From an uncultured Candidatus Saccharibacteria bacterium (lineage in GTDB: Bacteria; Patescibacteriota; Minisyncoccia; Phycocordibacterales; UBA9973): a stretch of 64,000 nt of DNA. The DNA is taken from the NCBI GenBank assembly GCA_964426555.1, contig CAYRQJ010000005.1, positions 5,901 to 69,900 on the forward strand, in the 5' to 3' direction. The translations under genes and the position numbers were made by a program. Numbering within the stretch: the first letter of the stretch is position 1; every line of letters begins with the position of its first letter. Of the stretch, positions 1 to 9,041 are shown one piece after another. A model generated the notes under the pieces. That model was given only the letters and a program-made list of their open reading frames with translations, made no database searches and had not been told where the DNA came from.

Positions 1-1
1 T

Positions 2-835
2 ACTCAGGATCCAGATGAAATAATAAACATTGTACAAAATATTTCACCAGTTTTTGGAGCAATAAATTTGGAAGACATATCCAGTCCAAGATGTTTTCAT
101 ATTGAACAAGCTTTACGTGAAAAATTAAATATTCCAGTAATGCATGATGACCAATGGGGTACAGCTACAGTTGTTTTGGCTGGTCTTATAAATTCTTTAA
201 AGTTAAAAAATTTAAATTTATCAGACGCGCGTATTATTGTTTCTGGTCTTGGTGCTGCTGGGGTTGCCGTATCAAGATTACTTTTTTCAGCTGGTGCAAA
301 ATATATTAGTTTTGTAGATAGTCATGGAATAGTAAATAAAAATCGCACAGATTTAAACAAAGAAAAAATTGAACTAATTGAAAAATCAAAATCAAATCCA
401 ATTGATGGGCAATTAGTGGATGCTATTAAAGACTGTGATGTGTTTATTGGGCTTTCAAAACCTGGGGTATTAACTGCTGAAATGATAAAGTCTATGAATA
501 CTGAACCAATTATTTTTGCATTAGCTAACCCAACTCCTGAAATAATGCCAGACATTGCTAAATCAGCTGGAGCATATGTTATTGCAACTGGACGTAGTGA
601 TTTTCCTAACCAAGTCAATAATGCATTGGTATTTCCTGGTATATTTAAAGCTGCTTTGTCTGTCAATGGTTGCCAGTTTACTGACGAGGTTTTTATAAAC
701 TGTGCACATGCATTGGCGAATATTATTACAGAACCAAAGGAAGATTATATAATCCCAAGTCCATTTGATGAACATGTGGTAAATGCAATATATGATTCTG
801 CTCGCGAAATCTTCCTAAAACAAGTAAATAAATAA
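2..835 (+). CDS. NAD(P)-dependent malic enzyme (5'-truncated by window edge)
   Basis: Frame is open from base 2. Motifs INLEDI, HDDQWGTA, GLGAAG, FALANPTPEI and ATGRSDFPNQVNN are typical of malic enzymes. Confidence 0.9.
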   Translation, partial: TQDPDEIINIVQNISPVFGAINLEDISSPRCFHIEQALREKLNIPVMHDDQWGTATVVLAGLINSLKLKNLNLSDARIIVSGLGAAGVAVSRLLFSAGAKYISFVDSHGIVNKNRTDLNKEKIELIEKSKSNPIDGQLVDAIKDCDVFIGLSKPGVLTAEMIKSMNTEPIIFALANPTPEIMPDIAKSAGAYVIATGRSDFPNQVNNALVFPGIFKAALSVNGCQFTDEVFINCAHALANIITEPKEDYIIPSPFDEHVVNAIYDSAREIFLKQVNK

Positions 836-850
836 AATTTTGTGATTTTT

Positions 851-880
851 ACCTCCTTGATAAAGGAGGGTTAGGGAGGA
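851..880. repeat. Solo REP-like GC hairpin (CCTCCTT-GAT-AAAGGAGG plus purine tail), related to the DUF559-flanking repeats
   Basis: acctccttgataaaggagggttagggagga has the same hairpin-plus-tail architecture as 41692-41732, 48625-48663 and 52022-52060. Confidence 0.55.
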
Positions 881-905
881 TTTTTATATGCTATAATCCA
901 TTTAC

Positions 906-2567
906 ATGACCCAAGATGACGCATTACAAATCTTAAAAACAGGAGCCAATGTATTCCTAACAGGGGAACCGGGTAGTGGTAAAACTTATACTTTAAACCA
1001 GTATATTGATTATTTAAAAGGGCATGGTGTATGTCCTACTATAACCGCCAGTACTGGTATAGCTGCAACGCATGTTAGTGGAATAACAATTCATTCTTTT
1101 CTTGGTCTAGGTAGTAGAAAGGAATTTTCAGTTTACGATATTGAAGCCATTGCCACAACTGAACGAATTGTAAAAAAAGTTAGTAAAGCCAAAGTTCTAA
1201 TAATTGATGAAATTTCAATGCTTTCTGGCTCTACACTAAATGCAATAGACCAAATCTTAAAATCAATTCATGGTAATAATGATGCATTTGGGGGGATTCA
1301 AGTTGTATTAGTAGGAGATTTTTTTCAACTACCACCAATAACAAATTTTAACGAAGAAGTAAATTTTGCATTTCAAAGTTCTTCTTTTCGAAATGCTAAT
1401 TTTGTTACTTGTTATTTAGAAGAACAGCATCGGCAGTCTTCAGGAGAATTGCTAGATATTTTATCTGCTATTCGGGAAAATAATATTAAAGATATTCATA
1501 GAAAAATCTTAAACAATAAAATAAAAGATAAATTAGTAATAAATGATGATACAAAATTATTTACACACAATAAAAATGTTGATGCTATTAATTTAGTTGA
1601 ACTAAAAAAAATATCTGGCAAAACTCATACTTTTAAAATGACAAATAAAGGTAAAGATAGTTTAGTTGATGCTCTAATTCGGGGGTGTCTCTCACCTGAA
1701 ATTCTAGATTTAAAAATTGGAGCCAGAGTAATGTGTACTAAAAATAATACTCAGCGCGGTTTTGTAAATGGAACAATTGGAACCGTGGTTTCTTTTGGTT
1801 ATGGTAATGATTATCCTATTATCCAAACCAAAAACGGTGAAGAAATTTTAATAGAACCAATGACTTGGCAAATTGAAGAAGATGGTAAAGTAAAAGCAGA
1901 AATTACTCAGGTTCCGCTAAGACTGGCTTGGGCGATAACTGTACATAAATCTCAAGGTATGAGTTTAGACAGCGCTAGTATTGATTTAACTAATGCATTT
2001 GAATATGGACAGGGTTATGTGGCATTGTCTCGTGTTAAAAACATTAATGGTTTAAATTTGCTTGGTTTGGGAGACAAGTCATTGCTTGTTCATCCTGATG
2101 TACTAAATATAGACGAATATTTTAAAAATGAAAGTTTGAAAACTGAATCATATTTAATAACTGTCCCAGTAGCTGATTTACAGGTTTTATTTGATAAATT
2201 TATTATTTATATTGGTGGGTCACTAAAGAATACTGGTATTGTAGAAAAAAATCGTGATACTTATACTAAAACTTTAGAATTAATAAAAAATAATTCTAAT
2301 TTAGAAGAAATAATAAGAGAAAGAGATTTAAAACTGGGAACAATAATAGACCATATACATGTTTTGTATGAAAAAGGGGATATTACAATGCATGAAATTG
2401 TTAACATTGTGCCAGTCAAATTAATGAATGATTTAAAGAAAGTCTATAAAGCGTTTGATGAGTGTGGTACAGAAAAATTGTCTCCAGTTTTTGAGTTTTT
2501 AAATAAAAAGATTAGTTACGATGATTTAAAATTATTAAGAGTTCTTTATAATGCTTCATATAAATAA
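906..2567 (+). CDS. PIF1/RecD-like SF1B helicase with C-terminal helix-turn-helix
   Basis: Walker A GEPGSGKT, ASTGIAA, IIDEISM, GDFFQLPP, AWAITVHKSQGMS and GQGYVALSR; C-terminal RDLKLGTIIDHI HTH-like segment. Confidence 0.9.
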   Translation: MTQDDALQILKTGANVFLTGEPGSGKTYTLNQYIDYLKGHGVCPTITASTGIAATHVSGITIHSFLGLGSRKEFSVYDIEAIATTERIVKKVSKAKVLIIDEISMLSGSTLNAIDQILKSIHGNNDAFGGIQVVLVGDFFQLPPITNFNEEVNFAFQSSSFRNANFVTCYLEEQHRQSSGELLDILSAIRENNIKDIHRKILNNKIKDKLVINDDTKLFTHNKNVDAINLVELKKISGKTHTFKMTNKGKDSLVDALIRGCLSPEILDLKIGARVMCTKNNTQRGFVNGTIGTVVSFGYGNDYPIIQTKNGEEILIEPMTWQIEEDGKVKAEITQVPLRLAWAITVHKSQGMSLDSASIDLTNAFEYGQGYVALSRVKNINGLNLLGLGDKSLLVHPDVLNIDEYFKNESLKTESYLITVPVADLQVLFDKFIIYIGGSLKNTGIVEKNRDTYTKTLELIKNNSNLEEIIRERDLKLGTIIDHIHVLYEKGDITMHEIVNIVPVKLMNDLKKVYKAFDECGTEKLSPVFEFLNKKISYDDLKLLRVLYNASYK

Positions 2568-2605
2568 ACTTGCAGGATTAAATAAATTACAGTATATATA
2601 AATGT

Positions 2606-3679
2606 ATGATAGTTAATTTATTTGAACAATATTTAAAAGCATTAACCGGGCAAGATTTCTTGTTTGTCTTTATTTCGGTTTTTATTGGTTTTGGTTTAGG
2701 TTTTTTATTTGAGAGAGTTATTTTAAAATTAATTAGTAAAATATTATCTTTTATTCCTAAAAAAATTGGTGAATCTATCAGCCATTCTTTAAAGTTCATG
2801 CCCATATTTTGGGGTATTATTTTAGGGCTATATTTTTCTTTGAAACATATTGGAATGGGTCCAAAAATGACTTTTGCAGTTAGAGAAATTTTAATAGTTT
2901 GTGCAACTTTGTCTATTGGTTTTGTAATATCTAGATTTTTTGCCGCTAGGATAAAGTATAAAGCCCAAGAATCAGACAGTGTAATTGTGTCTACTAGTAT
3001 ATTCGGTAATATTATAAAAGTTTTAATTTTGTTTATTAGTGTATTGGTTGCACTACGAATTTTAAATGTACCAATTGGTCCAGCATTAACTGCACTGGGT
3101 GTTGGGGGAATAGCAGTAGCGTTAGCTTTAAAAGATACATTAGAAAATTTCTTCGGAGGGTTACAAATTATTTTTTCAAAGCAAGTTCGTATTGGTAACT
3201 ATATAATGCTTACAACAGGAGAAGAAGGCTTTGTACGAGATATTACTTGGCGTAATACCAGTATTGAGACTCCGTATAATACAACTTTGATTATTCCAAA
3301 TTCCAAATTATCTAGCGCGTATGTTACGAATTGTTCTGTGCCAGATGAATCTACAATTAGTAGAATAAAATTTATTGTCTCAGCTTATGCTGATGTAAAT
3401 AATGTAGAAAAAATTACTACAAATATTGCGAATAAAATTCAAGATAGCTCTATTTATAAAAGCAGTCACGAATATAAGCCATTTGTGCATTTACGTGATT
3501 TGGGGCAATTTGGGCAAGAATGGTGGGTGTATTTATTAACAGACCATGCTGAAAATATAAATAGAATAAGACATGAATTCTTAAAAGAGCTTATATTTGA
3601 ATTTCAAAATCAAAAAATAGAGCTTTTCCCGGTAGGAGAAGACCGAAAATACCAAGAATCAAGGCAGCCTTTGGTATAA
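2606..3679 (+). CDS. Small-conductance mechanosensitive channel (MscS family)
   Basis: N-terminal TM helices followed by LGVGGIAVALALKDTLENFFGG and IIPNSKL. Confidence 0.9.
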   Translation: MIVNLFEQYLKALTGQDFLFVFISVFIGFGLGFLFERVILKLISKILSFIPKKIGESISHSLKFMPIFWGIILGLYFSLKHIGMGPKMTFAVREILIVCATLSIGFVISRFFAARIKYKAQESDSVIVSTSIFGNIIKVLILFISVLVALRILNVPIGPALTALGVGGIAVALALKDTLENFFGGLQIIFSKQVRIGNYIMLTTGEEGFVRDITWRNTSIETPYNTTLIIPNSKLSSAYVTNCSVPDESTISRIKFIVSAYADVNNVEKITTNIANKIQDSSIYKSSHEYKPFVHLRDLGQFGQEWWVYLLTDHAENINRIRHEFLKELIFEFQNQKIELFPVGEDRKYQESRQPLV

Positions 3680-3803
3680 TGCAATTAATTTTTAATTGTG
3701 GTATTATATTTTTGTAAAAGAATCTGGCTATTTTTGTCTCCGAGCATAGTGTGTAAGGATACGAGGTGCAAGAGTTTACACATTATAAGGAAGCATATAT
3801 ATC

Positions 3804-4055
3804 ATGGTAACAAAACTTTTCATTGGTTCACTCGCTTGGGCAACTCGCGATGAAACTCTTATGAGTCATTTTTCAACTATTGGTGAAGTAGAATCAGCAC
3901 GAGTAGTAATGGATAAAATGACAGGCAGATCAAAAGGTTTCGGTTTCGTTGAATACAAAAACGAAGCTGATGCTGCAACTGCAATCGAAAAACTAAATGG
4001 TAGCGAGCTTGATGGACGTAATATTACAGTTCAAGAAGCTAAAGCTAGAGAATAG
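3804..4055 (+). CDS. RRM-domain RNA-binding protein
   Basis: RNP2 LFIGSL and RNP1 KGFGFVEY. Confidence 0.95.
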   Translation: MVTKLFIGSLAWATRDETLMSHFSTIGEVESARVVMDKMTGRSKGFGFVEYKNEADAATAIEKLNGSELDGRNITVQEAKARE

Positions 4056-4060
4056 TAATT

Positions 4061-4098
4061 CATTATAAAAGCCCCCGCATGCGGGGGCTTTTATAATG
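4061..4098. terminator. Rho-independent terminator (bidirectional palindrome)
   Basis: cattataaaagcccccgc-at-gcgggggcttttataatg lies right after the RRM gene. Confidence 0.8.
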
Positions 4099-4125
4099 CA
4101 TAAATATGCAGTACAATATGTATAT

Positions 4126-4611
4126 ATGGATCAAGCAATAGATAATGAAAAACAAGTTCTTTATTCTTTTACTACAAAAGAACATACTTATTATGAAAGA
4201 AGTATAGATTTTTATTGGGCCGTTGGAATAATTGGTGCAGTCTTGGCAACACTGGCTTTTATCTTTAAAGATGCATTGTTTGGAATTTTGATTATTATTG
4301 GATTTTTCCTGTATGGTTATTCTTCTTACAAAAGACCAAAAGATGTAGACGTTATAGTGACTAATAAAGATATAACAATAGGGGATGATGTGTTTAATAT
4401 TGCAAAAATTTCTGCTTATAGAATTTTAGACATTGGCAACGAAAAAGATGTAGTTTTTTTAATTAAAAGATCTTATCAACCACGAGTATCGGTAACACTG
4501 CCAGAAGGAATTGCAGACTCATTAAAAAATGCGTTAAATCAAATCTTAGAAGAAGATACTACTATTGTGCCGCATGTTGGACGCAGGTTCATGGCACGAT
4601 TTAAGATATAA
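4126..4611 (+). CDS. Hypothetical membrane protein (2 TM plus soluble domain)
   Basis: ORF with two hydrophobic helices. Start moved to ATG 4126 because the 4096 ATG lies in the terminator. Confidence 0.75.
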   Translation: MDQAIDNEKQVLYSFTTKEHTYYERSIDFYWAVGIIGAVLATLAFIFKDALFGILIIIGFFLYGYSSYKRPKDVDVIVTNKDITIGDDVFNIAKISAYRILDIGNEKDVVFLIKRSYQPRVSVTLPEGIADSLKNALNQILEEDTTIVPHVGRRFMARFKI

Positions 4612-4666
4612 AAAAATACAACCGCACCATTTGTGATGGCACGGCTGTCTTGGGATTTTCCAGATT

Positions 4667-4879
4667 TTAATGTCCACCGTGATGGTGTGCATATTTCTCC
4701 GGATTTTTTGAAATTTTCTTAAATGCTGATTTCAGTAAAGTTTCAGCCAAATTCTTGGCTTCTTTTTTACTGTATCCTGCATCTTTGGTTTGCTGCATTA
4801 GAGCTACCATGTTTGGGCCAATTACTTGCGCCGCATTTTGTTTTAGCATTTTTAATGCCATTTTTTGATTTTTTGCCAT
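4667..4879 (-). CDS. Small basic hypothetical protein with His-rich C-terminus
   Basis: 70-aa ORF with a sigma70-like promoter upstream (ttgact...tgctataat) and a hairpin downstream. Confidence 0.6.
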   Translation of the reverse strand: MAKNQKMALKMLKQNAAQVIGPNMVALMQQTKDAGYSKKEAKNLAETLLKSAFKKISKNPEKYAHHHGGH

Positions 4880-5091
4880 GTTTATATAGTTGAATACATA
4901 TTATAGCATATTTAGGTGTAAAGTCAAGGTATACAAAAAAGGCTACATAATGTAGCCTTTTTTGTATTTCGTCGTGAATCTTACAGATTCTGTACACCTT
5001 TCATATCGTACTCACTAAGTTCCGTGCGATATACTCAAGGTCAGCACAACGTACAAAAAAATCCTCAGTAGTGAGGATTTTTTCGTCGTTG

Positions 5092-5163
5092 TGCTCCCGC
5101 TAGGAATCGAACCTAGATTTTGTGTTCCGCAAACGCATGTCCTATCCATTGAACGACGGGAGC
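5092..5163 (-). tRNA. tRNA-Arg (anticodon GCG)
   Basis: Minus strand reads GCTCCCGTCGTTCAATGGATAGGACATGCGT-TTGCGGA-ACACAAAATCTAGGTTCGATTCCTAGCGGGAGCA: cloverleaf with GTTCGA T-loop. CCA is not encoded. Confidence 0.92.
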
Positions 5164-5244
5164 GATTTGATTACAGTAACACAAAATTACTGCTTTTTCA
5201 AGGAAGTTTGGGGTGAGGTTAATTTTGTGCTATATTCAAAATAC

Positions 5245-5631
5245 ATGAAATATCTTGGCATAGATTATGGCAAAAAATATATAGGGCTAGCAGTATCTGA
5301 TGATTCTGGAGTTATGGCTTTTCCGTTACATGTTTTAAAAAACAATAAAACAGTAATTGCAGTAATTCAAAAAATTTGTAAAGAACGAAATATAGATCAA
5401 ATTATAATTGGTGATTCTGTAGACCAAAAAGGAGAAAAAAATGACATTGCAGAAGATGCTGAAAAATTTGCAAAAATTTTGGAAAAAGAAACCGGTTTAA
5501 AAATAGCTTACGAAAAAGAAGGTTTTACATCGGCTCATGCACGACATGGTGGTGGGGAAACAGTAGGTAGAATAGATGCAGCCGCAGCAGCATTGATCTT
5601 ACAAAGATTTTTAGATAAATTTAATAAATAA
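5245..5631 (+). CDS. ruvX: Holliday junction resolvase-like RuvX/YqgF protein
   Basis: MKYLGIDYGKKYIGLAVSD, EGFTS and IDAAAAALILQ. Start placed at 5245 because the longer ORF overlaps the tRNA. Confidence 0.9.
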   Translation: MKYLGIDYGKKYIGLAVSDDSGVMAFPLHVLKNNKTVIAVIQKICKERNIDQIIIGDSVDQKGEKNDIAEDAEKFAKILEKETGLKIAYEKEGFTSAHARHGGGETVGRIDAAAAALILQRFLDKFNK

Positions 5632-5636
5632 TTTTT

Positions 5637-5963
5637 ATGATAAATATAGACACATTTAAACAAACAGAAATTCGCATTGGTAAAATTATCAGCGCAGAGA
5701 AAGTTGAAAAATTAGACAAAATTTTAAAACTACGCGTTGATTTTGGAGAATTAGGGGAAAGACAAATATTGTCCGGTATTGCAATGACATTTACTGACCC
5801 AGCTGTACTAGTTGGACGTCTTTGTCCTTTTGTTACAAACCTTGAACCAAGAATAATTAACGATCTTGAATCACAAGGTATGATATTGGCAATGAAAGAT
5901 GAAAATGGAATTGTCTTATTGTCACCTGAGCGTGAAATAACACCCGGTTCACTTGTTGGTTAG
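5637..5963 (+). CDS. Stand-alone tRNA-binding OB-fold protein (MetRS C-terminal/Trbp111/CsaA-like)
   Basis: EIRIGKIISAEKV, LKLRVDFG, RQILSGI, NLEPR and ESQGMILA. Confidence 0.88.
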   Translation: MINIDTFKQTEIRIGKIISAEKVEKLDKILKLRVDFGELGERQILSGIAMTFTDPAVLVGRLCPFVTNLEPRIINDLESQGMILAMKDENGIVLLSPEREITPGSLVG

Positions 5964-5990
5964 TCTATATTTTTGCTATAATTGCCATGT

Positions 5991-7070
5991 ATGGCACACT
6001 CGAAACTTTTAAGATTTTTTCCTGTTCCACAATATATTGTGATGCCGTCTTTTGGTTTGGAAATTTCTGAGAGAACAGTAAAATATTTAGAAGTAAAAGA
6101 TAGTTACTTGGGCTTAACTGTTGGTAATTATGGGTTAGAACGTATCCCCGAAGGTGCTGTAGTAAAAGGTGTAGTTGTTGACCCATCTAAACTTGTTCCA
6201 GTTTTGGCTAATATTAAAAAAACTAAAGGCGTAAATGCTGTGAGATTATCAATTCCTGAAGAACAGGTTTATACTTTTCAAATTGATATTGAATATATTC
6301 CTGGTATGGAATTGCGTGACGCAATACTATTAAATTTAGAAGGTTACATTCCTGTTTCAGCAAGTGAGGTAGAATTTGATTATGATATTATTTCTCAAAT
6401 TGGTAATAAGATAAAAATCCAAGTTGCTGCAGCCGAGAGAAATGCAATAGAAAGTTATATAAATGCATGTAATATGGCTGGCATAGAAGTATTATCTTGC
6501 GAATATGAATGCCAAGCATTAGCCAGAGCAATAACAAAACCTAAAGAAAAATCAGTAATTTATATTATAGATATTGGGAGAGCATCAACTACGTTGTCAG
6601 TAGTGCAAGATGGAGTTGTTGTTTCTTCAAACACAATAGCTCGTGGCGGAGAAGAAGCTACAACTGCAGTTTCTGAAAAATTTGGAATTGACCGTATTGA
6701 TGCTGAAATTTTAAAACACAAAATTGGCATGAATGGTAAAGACGAATACAAAGAATTACCAGAAATTTTAAAAGCGTCGTATGCGCCACTTTTTGAAGAA
6801 ATAATTAGTCAGTACAATGCTTGGCTTTCTTATATAAGAGAGAAGTCAAATATTTATAGACCAATTGAATCTGTGCAAATATTTGGAACTGAAGCATTAA
6901 CTCCTGGAATTATTGATCTTTTTCAAGCTACATTTCATAAACCAGTTTATATGGCGAATGTTTGGACAAGAATTGAAGCAGTTAGTACATTTGTCCCTAA
7001 AATTCATTTTAATGATTCGTTAGTTTATGGTACAGCAATTGGACTAGCTTTAGGGGCTTTTGAAGTATAA
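5991..7070 (+). CDS. pilM: Type IV pilus assembly protein PilM (actin-like)
   Basis: FGLEISERTVK, IIDIGRASTT and C-terminal TAIGLAL; followed by a gene starting MINLLP. Confidence 0.85.
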   Translation: MAHSKLLRFFPVPQYIVMPSFGLEISERTVKYLEVKDSYLGLTVGNYGLERIPEGAVVKGVVVDPSKLVPVLANIKKTKGVNAVRLSIPEEQVYTFQIDIEYIPGMELRDAILLNLEGYIPVSASEVEFDYDIISQIGNKIKIQVAAAERNAIESYINACNMAGIEVLSCEYECQALARAITKPKEKSVIYIIDIGRASTTLSVVQDGVVVSSNTIARGGEEATTAVSEKFGIDRIDAEILKHKIGMNGKDEYKELPEILKASYAPLFEEIISQYNAWLSYIREKSNIYRPIESVQIFGTEALTPGIIDLFQATFHKPVYMANVWTRIEAVSTFVPKIHFNDSLVYGTAIGLALGAFEV

Positions 7071-7072
7071 AC

Positions 7073-7621
7073 ATGATTAATTTATTACCACAAGACAGGA
7101 AAAACATTTTAAGAAAAACTCATAAAGCAAATTTGTTAGTAGCTTTTGTGACAATGTTTTCTTTTGCTATATTACCACTGGGTATAACCGCAGGGGTTTT
7201 ATCTTTTAGTGAATATATAAATTTAAATATTATAAAAAAAGATTATAACACAGCAAATGAAGCTTTGTTTAAAAGTGGACTTGGAGATGTAATCCAAAAT
7301 TTAAATAACACAAATGATAAAATAAATTTTTTAAAAAATGATTTTAAAAAATCAAAATCAGTGTATGTTATTTTAGAAAAAATTCTTTCTTTAAAACCTA
7401 ATACAATAAAAATTAATTCAATTAACTACGTTGGTGGTGAAAAATCAAATACAATTACAATTTCTGGGACCGCCGACAACAGAGACGCCGTAATTTCATT
7501 TGGGTCAATACTTTCTTCTAAAGATAATAAAATTTGTAGCAACATTAAATTACCCGTATCAACCTATACAAAAAAAATAAATGTACCATTTACAGTAAAT
7601 TGTGATGTTATTTATGAATAA
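7073..7621 (+). CDS. PilN-like protein
   Basis: N-terminal INLLP PilM-binding motif, one TM helix and ITISGTA. Confidence 0.8.
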   Translation: MINLLPQDRKNILRKTHKANLLVAFVTMFSFAILPLGITAGVLSFSEYINLNIIKKDYNTANEALFKSGLGDVIQNLNNTNDKINFLKNDFKKSKSVYVILEKILSLKPNTIKINSINYVGGEKSNTITISGTADNRDAVISFGSILSSKDNKICSNIKLPVSTYTKKINVPFTVNCDVIYE

Positions 7622-8288
7622 AAAAAATATAAAAATTCATTTGGGGTTATCTATACTATTGTTTCTTTTTGTATGTGGAGCAATATTTTTTAGTTTAAAA
7701 ATTTTAAATAGTGCTACTTCAAAAATCTATGTTTTAAATAAAACAATTTTAAATATTAAATCTGAATCAGAGAATGAAACCAAAATAAAATCAGAACTTG
7801 AGAATTATGCAGCTGCTATTGAGTCTGTGGATAATCATATTATTACGAAAGAAAATGATGTTCCTAAGATTATTGAAAACATTGAATCTTTAGGGAATAA
7901 ACTTGGGTTAGATATTAAAATTGACAATATTTCGATTCCTGGAGCTCAGCCAGGCAAGGTGGGTGGTGTAGCCACAACTGATGATATTGAAAATTCAAAA
8001 AAGAATTCAATTACTGGAGTTGTAAACAGTATCCCTAAAAATCCATCAAAACCAATCATTGTAGATATGACAACCAATGGGTCTTTTGATAAATTATTTA
8101 AATTTATGTATTTAATTGAAAATAATGATTACATTATGAATATTCAAAGCTACAAAATAGAACAAGTATATGTAAATAGTTCATCTGATGGTCAAACTTA
8201 TTCTCCTGTTTTACAAAACATCGATCCAAACAAAAAAATGACTTGGCTTTTAAATATTAAATTAGTTATCAATACAGCAATAAAATAA
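7614..8288 (+). CDS. PilO-like protein
   Basis: TM plus coiled coil and GSFDKLFKFMYLIEN; directly follows pilN. Confidence 0.7.
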   Translation: MNKKNIKIHLGLSILLFLFVCGAIFFSLKILNSATSKIYVLNKTILNIKSESENETKIKSELENYAAAIESVDNHIITKENDVPKIIENIESLGNKLGLDIKIDNISIPGAQPGKVGGVATTDDIENSKKNSITGVVNSIPKNPSKPIIVDMTTNGSFDKLFKFMYLIENNDYIMNIQSYKIEQVYVNSSSDGQTYSPVLQNIDPNKKMTWLLNIKLVINTAIK

Positions 8289-8289
8289 C

Positions 8290-8682
8290 ATGAATAAAAT
8301 TAAAGAATTAATCTTAAAATTTAAAAATAGAAAAAATAAAACCATATTAAAAATCCAAGATATGGACCCAGTTAAATATTGGAGAATTATTGTGGTTACA
8401 ATATTGTTTGTTTTGTTGTTTATTTCTGTATTATGCGTGTTGCTTGTATTTTTTGTACAAAAGGGGTATTTTGTTAGTAATGCTAGTAAAGAACAAATAT
8501 CTCAATTAAAAAATACAGAATTTAATTCAAAAAATATAGAAGACATTGTTGCAAAATTTAATGAAAGAAAGATTAATCAGGAGAATATGTTAAATTCAAA
8601 AGAAATTATCTTAGACCCAAATAAAAATACACCCGTAGCCCCAGCCCCAATTGTACCGGTTATTATAAATAAACAAAATTAA
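8290..8682 (+). CDS. Hypothetical single-TM protein closing the pilMNO cluster
   Basis: ORF with one TM helix, tightly coupled to the upstream gene. Confidence 0.65.
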   Translation: MNKIKELILKFKNRKNKTILKIQDMDPVKYWRIIVVTILFVLLFISVLCVLLVFFVQKGYFVSNASKEQISQLKNTEFNSKNIEDIVAKFNERKINQENMLNSKEIILDPNKNTPVAPAPIVPVIINKQN

Positions 8683-8683
8683 T

Positions 8684-9013
8684 ATGGTTAACTTAAAAGA
8701 ACTTCAGCACGAAGTAATGCGCAACAAATTAGAAAAAGGATTTAATACTACAGATGTAGCTTTGGAATTTTGTCGTGCACATGAAGAATTGTCCGAAGCT
8801 TTTTCAAAATACAATAAAAATCAAGATGGTGTAGCAGAAGAATTTGCAGATGTTATGATTTTTATTTTAGGGATGTGTGAAACTTTGGGTTATGATTTAG
8901 AAACTGAATTAGTTAAAAAAATTGAGACAAACAAAAATCGTAAATATATAAAATCAAAATCTCCCGATGGTAAAGATGTTTTTATAAGAGTTAAGACTGA
9001 TATAGACCCGTAA
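8684..9013 (+). CDS. MazG-like all-alpha (d)NTP pyrophosphohydrolase
   Basis: EELSEA...EEFADV acidic metal-binding motifs; 109 aa. Confidence 0.85.
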   Translation: MVNLKELQHEVMRNKLEKGFNTTDVALEFCRAHEELSEAFSKYNKNQDGVAEEFADVMIFILGMCETLGYDLETELVKKIETNKNRKYIKSKSPDGKDVFIRVKTDIDP

Positions 9014-9041
9014 ATAAAATCCCCTAAATAGGGGATTTTAT
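9014..9041. terminator. Bidirectional terminator between convergent genes
   Basis: ataaaatcccct-aaat-aggggattttat. Confidence 0.75.

Noticed and set aside
5122-5244. N-terminal extension of the RuvX ORF
   Set aside because: It overlaps the tRNA-Arg gene; homology and the promoter point to ATG 5245.
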